Assembly: GCF_032062105.1 (NCBI RefSeq)
Contig: NW_026936625.1
Location: forward strand, 1-64,000
From: Saccostrea cucullata
Lineage: Eukaryota
DNA: 64,000 bases
Direction of reading: 5' to 3'
Under the pieces are notes generated by a model. The model was not told where the DNA came from and ran no database searches. It worked only from the letters and a program-made list of their open reading frames with translations. Positions 12,401 to 25,354 of this stretch are shown here, piece after piece. How positions within the stretch are numbered: the stretch's first letter is position 1; each line of letters opens with the position of its first letter. The position numbers and the translations under genes were made by a program.

Positions 12401-14217
12401 TCTGTTCCAAAGTCTCTTAAATATAAAGCCTGCTATTCTAAATACAGAGAAATTTTTGCCCCTTCCACAGGTACCCTTTTTTGGGCAAAATCAAAGATTT
12501 CAGTGCAAGAACCACGTACTCTAACTCTTGATTCCTGCCTACATTTTGTACCCTTTAAATTGAATTTTAATGGCAATTTGGTCATTAAATCTTGGTTTAG
12601 TACAAAGAACAGATCTATGGTAATTGATTAATCATTTTAATTCCAGCTCTAAATAGTAAATGATCATTAATTTCAGCTCTCAAAAAAGGGGGGTAGACGA
12701 TATTTTCTAGTGAAATCGAACTTTCAAGAATCACTTTATTTTGAAATAGTCTTAAATATGATTGAATGTATTTCATATCTTTTCATATGCTGTACACAAA
12801 TAAATAAAACATATATAAATTATTAAAATACAATTATTTAGTTGTAAATAGCTTTAAAATTGGTGAAAAATCAACATTTTTTCGTTTTTTGTCTATAAAC
12901 ATATGTTCCCCCCCGTGAAACACAAAAAGCTTTGGCATAAATTTGTAAAATGACAGTCTATATTACCTGTAAAAAGGAATTTTTGTTTCACGGGGGGGAA
13001 AGATGTTTTAAAAATATTTTCCGTTTTCCATTGATTTCTATAGTGAAATACTTAAGTTTTACCATAATTTTAGAGTTATCTTTCTTTGGTATCCCAAAAA
13101 AGTAACGTTTTATGAAAATTCATATAAATATCTATAAAAATTCTGAAAATCATTCAAATATGTTAACTTTTGAAAATTGACTTAGAGCTAGGCGGGAGAA
13201 CAATTAATACTATCGTTCGTGGTTCTTTCTTAAACAAAGCTAGAACTGTATGAATTCATATTGGGGAAAAAATTGTTTGAAACTGTAAAAGGGCAGAAAT
13301 AACACTTGGTGAAAATCACCCTGTATACAGTACACATACCGTACAAGTACATCACTGATCAGAGAAAGTTAATTTCACATAGGACTTTATAGTTTTACTT
13401 ATTATTTATCTTACCTTGTCATCGAGGAATGTTATCATGTGAGACAGCAACACATCATTGGCTGAAAATTAAATACAGAAATTAACATTTCTAAAAATTC
13501 AAATCAACCATCCTAAACCACATTTAATTACTCCACATGTATATCAGGCAAGAGAATGAGAATAAAACTTCAAACATTGACTACCACAACTCAAACATGT
13601 TTTAACTTTACAACTTTAAAGATAGGCCACGGTACTTTTACTCATCAACGTAATTCACTTAACCTGTTTCATAAAACATTTTGGCGAAAATCCGACTAAA
13701 ATCGGTCCCGCCGTTTCAAAGATAATCAGTGTTGAACGTCTGCATTTGCACCTGTGAAAACAATCGACAGTCCTTGACAATGTCACTTCCGGTTAAATGC
13801 AATCAAGTTAAATGACGTCACAAGTGTGTCTCGCTTCCCTCAAGTGATAGACAGAAAACGCTGTTTCTGATAATTCTGATAGTCCATTACAGGAAGAATC
13901 GTAAGAACTTTCTTGTGGATCGTCATGTTTTGTTGAGGATTCATTGCTATGGAATAATACAGAAAATGTGGGAGTAGAACCAGGGGCGGATCCAGCCAAT
14001 TTTGAAAGGGGGGTTCCAGGCTTGTGTCCTTCCAACCCCCCCCCCCCCCAAACACACACTCATACACACGCTCAAGCAAAGATTGACACATATGTATGGA
14101 AAGATCTAAGATTGTGGTAAATATTCTAATAAGTTTGATTACATCCCTTTTTTCTTTGAAAAGGTACCCCCCAATACGAATTTTAAAAAAACACGTTTCA
14201 AAAACTACAGTACTGAA

Positions 14218-15171
14218 CACAGGCCTTTGGATCGCTTTAAAAAAATTGTGTGTGTAAAAAAAAAATAAAGGTACTGAACTCTTACACTGGGTACCTAATT
14301 TCGCTACTAAAATATTTTTTATTCGAATGCTCTAAAATTCTACTTTTTATTTAAATCTATTCATAGTTAAACATTCTTCAATTCTACCAAAGCTCATTCC
14401 GAAATTCCTGATATTTCTTGAGATATTCTGAAATCAATTTCAAAAATGACCTACTTTCTTTTACTCGACATTAGCTTGGGCCCCTGGCCATTCACATGTA
14501 AACAGATGGTGTTTGAAGTGCGGCGAAGAGTTGCATAGTATTCGCAATATCTTTCAACAATTTAAAGTTGATTTCTTACTCCAGATTGTAATGTTAAGTC
14601 CGTAATAATATTCCTTTCGCGAAAAATTAATTTGAAAACGTCTACATCAACAACTACCGCCATGTTGATTATAAATGTGAATGAAGCCATGGTAGAACGA
14701 ATTTTTCCCGGAATATATTATATACGTTTCGATTTTCAAAACAATTAGACCGCTAAAATGTTGTTTATGACTTAGTTACACCATATGATCAAATTAAAGA
14801 AAAACCTTGTAAAGCTTGAATGCAAATGAGCAAATATTCATTGAGTTTAGAATAAATTCCGGGGAAAATTTGTCCCGTCGTTCCCGCTTTACAATTAGTG
14901 AAGGCCCAAGCTGACGTCGAGTAAAAAAATTATTGTCAATTTGGGAATTGATTTCAGAATATCTCGAGAAGTATAAGGAATTACGGAATGAACTTTGGTA
15001 GAAATGAAGATTGTTTATATTTGAATAGATATGGATAGAAAGTAAAATTGTAAAGCATTTGATTTAAAAGAATTTTATTGGCGAAAGTAGGTACCCCATG
15101 AAAAGAGTTCCATACCTTTATTTTTTTTTCAACAACTCAATTTTTTTTTCTAAGCGATCTAAAGGCCTGTG
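14218..15171. mobile_element. Non-autonomous long-TIR DNA transposon with 8-bp TSD (P- or hAT-type)
   Basis: CACAGGCCTTTGGATCGC...GCGATCTAAAGGCCTGTG, inverted similarity over roughly 270 bp. TSD GTACTGAA at 14210-14217 and 15172-15179. Confidence 0.85.
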
Positions 15172-15893
15172 GTACTGAAGGCTTGAAATTGAATGGATTT
15201 GCAACATTTCCGAAGAGTACAAAGAATTCTCGTTTAGAATTTGAAAAATTTTTAGGGGTGGGGTGCGGGTGGGGTTTAAAACAACAGGTTAGTTCCTTCA
15301 AAAGATATGATTTAAAAACGGTACATATATAGCCAACACGGCCAAAGATAGCGGAAATATCAAATTAAATCTCACACATTACTTATCGTATATGAGATAT
15401 ATAAGAATAAGAAGACTGTTTTCTACCATTCTCTCATAAAAAAAGTAATAGTGAAGGAATAGTAGAGGAAACTAAATGTATGAGAATCTTTCTATTCAAT
15501 ACATAAGTAAGACGTACAAATACTTATTCTCGGCAAACGTTTATCCTCTCTTTCTCTCTCTTTCTCTCTCTCTCCCTCTCTCTCACCACTTGGCAAAAAA
15601 TAAAGGGGGGGTTCCAACCCCCGGAACCCCCCCTCTGGATCCGCCAATGAGAACCCTCTCGTTTTGAGCCCTAGGCTAATGAACCGCCAGACGAAAATCG
15701 ACCACAAACGATGCGGAACCTGAGGAAGCAAATCGTTTGCATACTATTGATTGGTATGTGAGTAAAACGATAGAAAATATTCACAATAGCATTTTAAATC
15801 ATTATTTAAAAAAATATATATTAAATAAAAACATATAATTCGACACATTACCTATTTACCCCCCCCCCCCCCCCAAAAAAAAAAAACCTTTAA

Positions 15894-16610
15894 GGTTTCG
15901 TCAAAGGTCAACATGTCTAAAAAATTATTTTTACAATTGCTCCAAAAGTATGTGTGATATGAAGTCAAAACGTTTACATTTTGTAAATATATCACTGATT
16001 AATAGATAGAAAGTATTACTTGATAACAAATATTTTTAAAAAAGATATTCTTTGAGAAAAATTGTATCAGAAAATGTGCATATTTTTAAAAAATGCACCT
16101 GCTTAATTCTGTCCTTTTTGTGAAAACCAACATTGTAGAAATAATATATGTTTATCATTGAAGGGCAAGTTGGACGTGAATGGTCTCTGAAAGGCTGTTA
16201 TTGAAAGCATGACATGTATAAAGACAAGACCCCTATAGAATCCGCCATTTGCAACTTGTACTTTCACTTTCAAGTCTTAACATTTGGACAAAATAAACAG
16301 GGAAAACAACTTTCCAGAGGCTATCCAAGTCCAACTTGCCCTTCATTGATAAACATATTTTGTTTCTGCAATGATGGTTTTCACTAAAAGCATGGAATTA
16401 ATTAGGTGTATTTTTTTGAAAATATATGCATTTTTAAGAAGAATTTTTCTCAATTAATATTATTCCAAGTATTTTTTTTATCAAGTGATACTTTCTATCT
16501 GTTAATCAATCAAGAATTTATAAACTGTAAAAGTTTTAACTTTATACCTTACATGGTTTTGGGGCAATTGTAAAAATAAATTTTTGGACATGTTGACCTT
16601 CGACGAAACC
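15894..16610. mobile_element. Near-palindromic Kolobok-like MITE
   Basis: GGTTTCGTCAAAGGTCAACATGTC...GACATGTTGACCTTCGACGAAACC, with TTAA at 15890-15893 and 16611-16614. Arms about 300 bp. Confidence 0.85.
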
Positions 16611-19429
16611 TTAACATATAAAAGCCTAAACATCTGATAGCATGAATAATGTAAGTCCCTACTGATTTTAATTTTGCGTTCATTTTTTCCATTTGTTGTG
16701 GGAACCCACTCTTTTTTCTACACGTTTTACATTTTACTTTTTAGAATATTTTTTCATTGTCATTTTTTTTTAATATTTTGCAATGATTTTTTATAAACAA
16801 ATGACCCCACCCCCTCCAGTAAAACTGTACGCATGACTTTTTAAAATTAATTTAGGTCAAAGGCAAGTTACTCAGTTGCTTGCAGTTGTATAAACTGACT
16901 TTAAAAGATAAAATTTGTATGTTTTACAATTTTGTGAATTAAAAGAAAAAAAAAATGTTTTAATCCTCATGTCAAAATATTGAGGAATTTAATTTGTTCA
17001 AGGTTACGTATATATCTAAGCTTGATGCAACACATTCAATTAAAAGTCAGATGCTAAATTCGACTTTCAGAGTTTAGTAAGTTTACTAAAATTGTTAAAA
17101 TATAATTGATATTTATGTATAATCTGTTTTATGTGTCACATTATTCACGTGTTTGTCGATTGTTTCATGCTAAATTTTATCCAATACTGAACAAGTCCCG
17201 GGTCCCGGATGATCAACATTCTACCTTGTAGATGTCCAATCTAATCATTACTGTAATATAGAAGCTGATACACAGTTACATTTATGTAAATTAAATACTC
17301 ATTCAAATTCGTATTTAGTGCTAATGAGAACAAGAATTTGATGTATAGAACTATAGACGGTGTGAAATTGACCTCGCCCCTGAAAATCCAAACAATAAAC
17401 AATACACACTGTTCTCAGTAAAAAATTCAGCAAGTTATTGTAAGCTAAAACTTCAATTATTTGTGATAGAAAGATTATTTTGGAATAAATGTGCATAACC
17501 AGCAATCCTCGGCTTACTCCGCAGCACTCCATTCAAATAAATATACGAGCCATGCAAGGAGCTCCGAGTGATGTGTGTACGCCATAACACCCCCCCCCCC
17601 AATAGAATTAATAAACCCACAAATTAATGATGATTGTGGGATTTTATTTTAAAAAACCGGCGTAGTTATTTTTTTTTTAATCCTATTTAACTTTTCATTC
17701 TTATAATCAGGTTATGACAGGGTGGGTAAATCTTAAAATGTCGGGAAAAAAAAATTAAAATCATATGCTTGTATGAAATGGATTTATAAAAGGTTATTTC
17801 ACAGAGATAAAAAAGAATTTTAACAGACAATATTTTTAAGAGTTCACAAGCGTAAATAAGCAGTGATTAAATACAATCGCAGAGTAAATTAAGATAGGGT
17901 CACGGAAACACTAAGAAAGGTGTGAACAGCTTCCAAATGTGAAATTATTATGATCTTCGAATAATAACATCAGTGATTGAAAAAGAATACGGAAATCATG
18001 AGGTTTGGAAAAAAAATCTACAACATGCACTTTACCGATGATGTGAACTTCAAAACAATGATCCGGCACTTCATTATAATTTAATTGATCAAATATATCT
18101 ATGAGCGATGTTTTTTTTAGAAGGGGGTTGTGGTGCTTTTACCAGCCCTTTAAAGGTTATGGTCGAACTATAAAAAAAATTTAGTAAATTAAATGTGTAA
18201 AAACAAAAATGGGGAAGCAAAGCTGATCGAAGCGAAAATTAATTACTCAACATTAATAGAGAATAAAGAAAAAAAATCGGAATTAATCTTTAAATTAAAG
18301 GCCTCCCTTTCCGTAACGTCGTGTTTGTGATAAAAAAAAGGGGGGGGGGCGCATTAAAAAAAAATTGGGGAGGGGGCGTAATCAAACCATATACATGTAC
18401 TTACAATATTTATGCATGTAGAAGTATAGTGTTTTTTTTTCAGAAGTTAGAAATCAAGAAAATGGAACTAACATACTGCCTGCTTGCGTTTGATTTTAAA
18501 ATTTTACAAGACCTGTAGGCAACGAAAACAGGACATCAAATTAGTTTTGAAAATGACCACTGCTTATTATCATCACATTTTATTGCGTCTTGCAGTTTTC
18601 AAACCTCGAGAGGGTTGTGCCAAAGGTGACAGTGTTGATGATTTACTAATACATACTTGTACTGCAAGTCACACTTGTGACGTCACACACGTCACTTCCG
18701 GTATACAGCGATTTTCAGTGCGAGCTCTCAGGTGTAAATAAGCTATTTTAGTAATAGCGAGCGCAGCGAGCGTCGCGAAGCGACGCTCGTCACTGCGAGC
18801 TCTTAAAGCAACGCCTGTGCGAAGAGAAAATTCGGACTACTGCACATTCATTCGATAAAATTTTTTGATGCCGTAATTTGGACCCACAATGCATCACTTG
18901 TTTAAGCTACGTTCTCGTGAGAATAGTAGCAAAAGTTCTACTAAAAGTAAACATGCCCTGATTTATTGAAGATAAATAGCAAACGAAACGTTCTTCATTT
19001 ATTTTCAGCACTGTTCAGGGTTCTTTGGGGGAAATGTAACTTACATACGACGTCATGTGACGTCAGCGTCTAGACGCATCAAATGTCACGTGCAGTTTGA
19101 CGTTCGAGCCCGATTTAAATTCTAGCAAAATAAACATCTGCGCTCGCCATAACGGTCGCACCGTCAACATATTATCTCTAATCAGAGAAAGAGAAAGTAT
19201 CTGTGCTGTATATCATTTTACTCGTAATTATAATGACTATTGAACTATGTTAATATGTAAAATCTGCCAAGCCTTTCTTTAAATCAGATTGTAGAATTAA
19301 ATCTTGCTGAGAAAAGTATTTTTCAATGCCTGGTTTTGGTAAGGTGAGTACTTTTCTAACTGCCAAGGAAGACACACAGCTTTGTGATTGCGTTCTCCAG
19401 TAGGGTCTGTTTAACACCGTTGTTCGGGC

Positions 19430-20012
19430 CACTCAGCAGGGTCATGACCTTCTGTTGTCTGGGTCACTCAGCAGGGTCACGACCTTCTGTTGTCTGGGTC
19501 ACTCAACAGGGTCACGACCTTCTGTTGTCTGGGTCACTCAGCAGGGTCATGACCTTCTGTTGTCTGGGTCACTCAGCAGGGTCACCACCTTCTGTTGTCT
19601 GGGTCACTCAGCAGGGTCACCACCTTCTGTTGTCTGGGTCACTCAGCAGGGTCATGACCTTCTGTTGTCTGGGTCACTCAGCAGGGTCACCACCTTCTGT
19701 TGTCTGGGTCACTCAGCAGGGTCACCACCTTCTGTTGTCTGGGTCACTCAGCAGGGTCATGACCTTCTGTTGTCTGGGTCACTCAGCAGGGTCACCACCT
19801 TCTGTTGTCTGGGTCACTCAGCAGGGTCACCACCTTCTGTTGTCTGGGTCACTCAGCAGGGTCACCACCTTCTGTTGTCTGGGTCACTCAGCAGGGTCAC
19901 CACCTTCTGTTGTCTGGGCCTTAGCAGGGTCACCACCTTCTGTTGTCTGGGTCACTCAGCAGGGTCACCACCTTCTGTTGTCTGGGTCACTCAGCAGGGT
20001 CACAACTTTCTG
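19430..20012. repeat. 35-bp tandem repeat (17 copies) inside a PIK3R4 exon
   Basis: Minus-strand unit CAGAAGGTGGTGACCCTGCTGAGTGACCCAGACAA, which encodes [11 protein letters not shown]. Confidence 0.95.
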
Positions 20013-20065
20013 TAGTATGGTCTCACGTAGAGACGGCAGCTCTATGTCATAATTTGCCTGTTTAA

Positions 20066-20810
20066 ACAACAAGAGGCCAATGGGCCACATCACTCACCTG
20101 AGCAATGTGGCTAGGAAAAAAACATAAGTTAGTTTATTATTGAAAAGTTGAAACCCAATAGTGGTTCCAAACAATCCTTAAAAGGGAGAGCTACATTGTA
20201 GGGTATGATTTAAACAAACTTGAATCTACACTAACTAAGGTTGCTTGCATATTTCTTTGACTACCTGTGGTTTTATTGCTCTTTACATTTGACCTTTCAT
20301 TGTGGCCCCGCGCCCTACCCCAAGGGGTCATGATTAAAAAAAAATTGAATCTACACTACCTGAGAATGCTTCCATATGAATAGGACTGATCATTGCTTCG
20401 CTGTTTTTGAAATAAAGATTTTTAAAGATTTTTTTTTACACGTTTCTATGTAAAACTTGGATTCCATGCCGTGGCCCATACCTACCCCCTGGGATCATGA
20501 TTTGAACAAACTTGAATGTCCACTACATGAGGATGCTTCCATAAAAATATAATCATTCATGCCTTTGCTATTCCAGAGAAGATTTTAAAAGAATTTTCCT
20601 ATATATTTCTACGTGAAACTTTGATTGGCCATTGGGGGAGAGGGGGGGGGGGGGGCGCCAAAATTGAATCTCCACTACCTGAAGATGTTTCCCTATGAGT
20701 TTCATCTCTAATGCACAGTGGTTCTTGTCAATGAGAAGAAGATTTAAAAAAAAAATTTATATATTTCTATGTAAAACTTTGATTGGCCATTGGGGGAGGG
20801 GGGGGGGGCA
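20066..20810 (-). mobile_element. Truncated HINE-like element
   Basis: AACAAGAGGCCAATGGGCCACATCACTCACCTGAGC box followed by core repeats (TTGAATCTACACTACCTGAG...). Confidence 0.7.
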
Positions 20811-21763
20811 CCTGCTGGAAGCTTCTTTACACTACCATTTGCCCTCATTCTGCCACTCCTCAGTTAGAAAAACAACAGGACTGCTCAGCTGAAAAAAAAA
20901 GATCAATTTCTTATAAACTTTGAATTAGTTTACAAGTCTATTTATCATGTTAATTGAAATAAAATTTACGATTAGATGATACACGTAAAGTCAGTGTATA
21001 ATATATGTAGCTTGTCTTAAGTTGGTGTGTGTTTGGTGAAATCACTTGATTCTTGCTCTCAATAACTAATAACTTGTCTGCATGATTAGAAAACTAGATA
21101 GTCTGCTCTAGAGTCGCAGAGTAAGGAGTTCACTGGTCTACATGTCATGTGCATGATCAGCAGATCCTTAAATTGCAGGTTCAATTCCCACTGTAGGACA
21201 TGTAGACCAGTCCCTGTGATAAGACAATTAAATTTAAACTGAGAACCCCTGTAGCAGTAGACCACTGGTACAAAAAGGTCCCTTGCTGCTTGATTACCTT
21301 GAGTTTTGAGCATAAGTAAAAATTTGCAGCCCCATCAGCAATTGGATAAACTTCAATTTTTTAACCAAACAAACTTCTAGGGACTTCCCACTTTCCCGAG
21401 GCCATAAGGCCTAAAATAAAATTAAGTTTTTTTGCAGTTGCCTACCTACCCACTGAAAATGCATCCGACCCAAACTTTTTTTAATTTTTTTTTTCAATTT
21501 TTCAGAATATTGAAACAGTTTCGTTTTCAAATTTTGACACATTTTTTATCAATCAGTGGTTTATAACAAGCAGTGAGCCTATTCATGTCTAGTAGGTGTA
21601 TGAAAACCTCTTCTATTTGTTATCTGGAAAAAATCTGATTTTTTTTTTCAAAAAAGAGAAAAAAAGAATGCCTACCCATTGACTCAGTCTAAAAATTATT
21701 GGTCGGCAACTGCAAACAAAGAATTTTTTAAAGCTTGGCCTAGTGCACTGCTCTGTATATATG

Positions 21764-22088
21764 GACCTGCTGGGCCGATAGTCTGGGCACTGTCATGTAT
21801 ATACCTGCTGGGCCCGAACTCTGGACACTGCCCTGTATGTACCTGCTGGGCCCATACTCTGGACACTGCCCTGTATGTACCTGCTGGGCCCGAACTCTGG
21901 ACACTGCCCTGTATGTACCTGCTGGGCCAATACTCTGGACACTTCCCTGTGTGTACCTGATGGGCCCATACTCTGGACACTGCCCTGAATGTACCTGCTG
22001 GGCCCATACTCTGGACACTTCCCTGTGTGTACCTGATGGGCCCATACTCTGGACACTGCCCTGAATGTACCTGCTGGGCCCATACTCT
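21764..22088. repeat. 38-bp tandem repeat (~9 copies) carrying a minus-strand donor-like CAG|GTAC
   Basis: Unit GTACCTGCTGGGCCCATACTCTGGACACTGCCCTGTAT. The last unit resumes after the inserted MITE at 23433 (ACTGCCCTGTAT). Confidence 0.9.
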
Positions 22089-22091
22089 ATA

Positions 22092-23429
22092 CAGTCATTT
22101 AGGGTATTCCGAATCACCTTTTACATTTTGACTACAGATGTTTTTATTAAAAAATTTTCACATGGTTGTTTGGTATCAAAGGAAAGCCAATTTAGTGAAA
22201 AATCAGATCTACTTTACAGAACGAGTCTATCTTCGATACAGCGACCATGACGGGGGTTATATTTGGATCACCTTTTTAGTGTATTGCGAATCACTTCCGG
22301 GTATTTCGAATCACCAGGTAAATGGGTTGAAAACGGTCAGATGACTTCATCATAATTGATGAACTAGTTAGTATTGTTTATAAAAAGCTCCAAGAATAAA
22401 AAGAATTAAAATTTTCTTGATTGTTCTTGTTTATTTGAAAGTTATCAGCACCCCCTCTTTATTCGCACTAAAAACAGCTTTTCAGAGGCGGATCATGCAG
22501 AAAAGCAATTATTACAAAGAAAATAGGGGTTTCAGAAATTATATGACTGTAAATTGTTGTCCTGTAAGTATAATTATGTCACTTTTTTGCACCTGGGATT
22601 TTATTTTCGCTGCAAAACAATTAACCTTAAAAATATCATAATTCTACGAATCGGCTACCAAAAAAAAAATCATACATGTATAATGATAATGATGATAATG
22701 AAAAGGAATGAAAACTAGCTCTTGTTTAGATATATGTATCACAATTATTAAATATGACATAAATCACTGCATATGTGCACAGTGTACATATATGTATGTG
22801 TACATGTACACACATGCGTGCAAGTCCATATTTAAAGATTTAAGACAAAAGGATAACCACTGGTCAAGCTACTCATTAACTCTTCACAACTTTCCATTTC
22901 ATAATTTTCATACGTCCCTTGCATGAAAAAAACCAATTTTCGAAAAACCGGGCATATAACAAAATGCAGCCTGCAATTTCTTCAGTTGCGGTTATGCACA
23001 TCCGTGATTCGAAATACCCCAAATTATACGGGGCTACAAATGCGGTTGTAACATACAAATTTGTGAGATGTAATAAAAAATTATTAATGCTCATAAAAGC
23101 TCATAAAATTGCCGTTTTATCAATACCTAATATGCTAGGTTTCATCCACCGACAACGCCACGACATCAATGAGAAATATTCTGCAACGTTTATACACGGA
23201 AATTTTTTTCGAGAAGGAAAGCAAGTTAACGAATGAATTAATTATTTTTTTAATTAACGCATTAAGTTTACCTCTTTATTTATTGTATGTATTAAGCATG
23301 AACCATGTTCACTGTTGTTAATGACTATTTAGTTGTCACACATGTGCACGTCTCGTATAAGATACAGCGATAAGGTAAATTACCGAGTGTCGCGAAATGC
23401 GGGGTGATTCGGAATACCCTAAATGACTG
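22092..23429. mobile_element. Tc1/mariner-type non-autonomous element inserted in the 38-bp array
   Basis: 27-bp perfect TIR CAGTCATTTAGGGTATTCCGAATCACC / GGTGATTCGGAATACCCTAAATGACTG, with TA on both sides. Confidence 0.9.
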
Positions 23430-24841
23430 TATACTGCCCTGTATGAATACGACAAAATTTTTGCCAAAAAATGATTACTTCCTGAATCGGCAATTTTACA
23501 TTAGTTTCTATGCAGAATGATATACGAAGGTTTCATTTTTTGGCCAAATTTTTGTCATATTCATCATCAGTGTGACTGTATCAAACAATTCTGTGCTTAC
23601 CATGTTGTGCCGTTCCTGAATTTGGCCACAAAATGCAAGTAAAGCAGAAAGTTGGTAAAAATAGCTACATGTACTTGGGGTAGCTTTAAATACCTACGTA
23701 GCTATTAATGCATACATAGGTAGAATAGTCTTTGGACTGGACCTGGTTTTTGCATCTTTTTCTGTCCATCTTTACACATAATTTTTTCAAACACTCTGCA
23801 TGCTTTTAGGATAACAGAAAACATAATATTATGGATATAGATTACCTTCTTTTTCGTGTGATAATTAGAAGTGTTCGTCTAATATTATGGGCCCAGTGTA
23901 CAACTGCCGACTGGCGGACGGTAGCGGACTGGCTACTTTGAGGTTTTTTGATTTGACGCCAATATGAAACTAATATTTTTTCAATCTTGAACCCGATGTA
24001 AATTGACATAAAAAGTGAATACAGCACATAAACAGGTTTTTTAAATTCAAATGAGACAATTTGAAAAGAAGATGATTTTGTGAAACACTGATTCAGATGA
24101 TGAAAGCTCTATATTATGGTGGCATATTTCTGCCCCTTGTGTGCAAGTTATTTTTCTATCAAATATGTCGACATGCAAGATAGATACAATCGTAAGTTGA
24201 CTGGCTCAAAAAACAAAATTGCAGAATTGTTTTCTTTCAAATTTCGTATGAATGTAATGATTATAAGTATCTACTCTATAAATGGCTGTTTTTGTGGTAC
24301 TAAGGTGGTGATTTAAGAGATGGCAGGACGAATTACCCGCTCGTAACATGACTCTATTTCGCGTTACCGTCATCGTCACGGTTGATTGAAAACCACTCCA
24401 GACCCTCTCTGACAAAGGCTAAAACGTTTTATGGGGGATATTTTACAAGAGACTGCTTAGTAAACCATTGTTGCTTTTTTCATTAATTAGGCAATTCGAA
24501 AAGAAGACCCATTGAACTTCCGTAAACTGTGCCAAGATTGCAATAGATATTCACAATGTCTCTTAATATTGAAAAACAATGTGCAAACCTCACATGCATC
24601 AAATAATGCAACAAGATTTGTTGACAAACTCATCGTTATCAATTTGCACGTATTTTGGACTTTTTAGCGTTTTCCCTACGTGACGTCATAAATTTTATGG
24701 TTGAGTAATTCTGAATGCTGTTTTTGATGCACAGTAACTAAATTTCCCTTCTGATCAATTTTCGTAATTTTCAGTCATGTGGTCAAATTTTTATCCAAAA
24801 TTTTGCTACCCTGCGTTTCTTTTTCCTTTCAGTATATATCT

Positions 24842-25354
24842 TTAACTTATTTTGACCAATGATTGAGACACATCTCTGACAATTCTTGAAATGCTCGACT
24901 TACTTATTCCATGTAAGTCAGCAGTTACTGTTTGAAAGTTACCAGTAGTAAAGAAACGTAATGCAGCCATAAGCTGCAGGGATGATGGATGTGCATGAGA
25001 CCTTCGTGTAGGCCTTGTGATATCATTTTGTATCATTTGACAGATGTCCAATATCAAATGACGAGGCAGTCTAAACTTTGAAATTATCTCACGGTCATCC
25101 ATATACATGTAGTCCAAAGGATTATTTCTATCCCTAAACAACCTCTCTCTCCGTAACAGTCTCCGTTCGTTTATTATTAAATATGCAGCCGCCATATTTA
25201 GTTTCTTCCTAAGTAATCGATTTACCTGTCCTAAAGTTACGACATAACTTAGGGATATCCTAAGATAAGACGAGGTTAGTGAAACAGATAAGTAATGACC
25301 TTAGGAAAAAGTTTTCTCGTAAGATAGAACTTAGTCCTAAGTGAAACGGGCCCC
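24842..25354 (-). mobile_element. PIF/Harbinger transposon end with truncated N-terminal transposase (HARBI1-like) fragment
   Basis: ORF 25195-24842 reads FRDRNNPL..DDREIISKFRLPR..LMAALRFFTTGNFQTVTADLHGISKSSISRIVRDVSQSL, typical of the Harbinger transposase N-terminal HTH. No DDE domain follows. GGGGCCCGTTTCAC terminus near 25354. Confidence 0.8.

Larger units (their letters stand above)
5944..20057 (-). pseudogene. PIK3R4: Unprocessed partial pseudogene of phosphoinositide 3-kinase regulatory subunit 4 (Vps15): HEAT region and part of WD40 region; kinase domain and C-terminus not seen
   Basis: Exons with AG/GT ends: 20057-19352 ([35 protein letters not shown]), 13461-13415 (NDVLLSHMITFLDDK), 12251-12150 ([19 protein letters not shown]), 12031-11892, 10388-10177, ~9912-9845, 9815-9669, 8736-8591 (FATGSNDGTVKLW), 8398-8287, 8121-8011, 7758-7085 (GLITSFAV..WDVRFQLP), 6087-5944 ([21 protein letters not shown]). 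These match PIK3R4 as I recall it. Multiple stops, frameshifts, missing exons and repeat expansions. Confidence 0.9.

Noticed and set aside
19384-20052. 186-222 aa plus-strand ORFs
   Set aside because: Antisense reading of the 35-bp array in a PIK3R4 exon.
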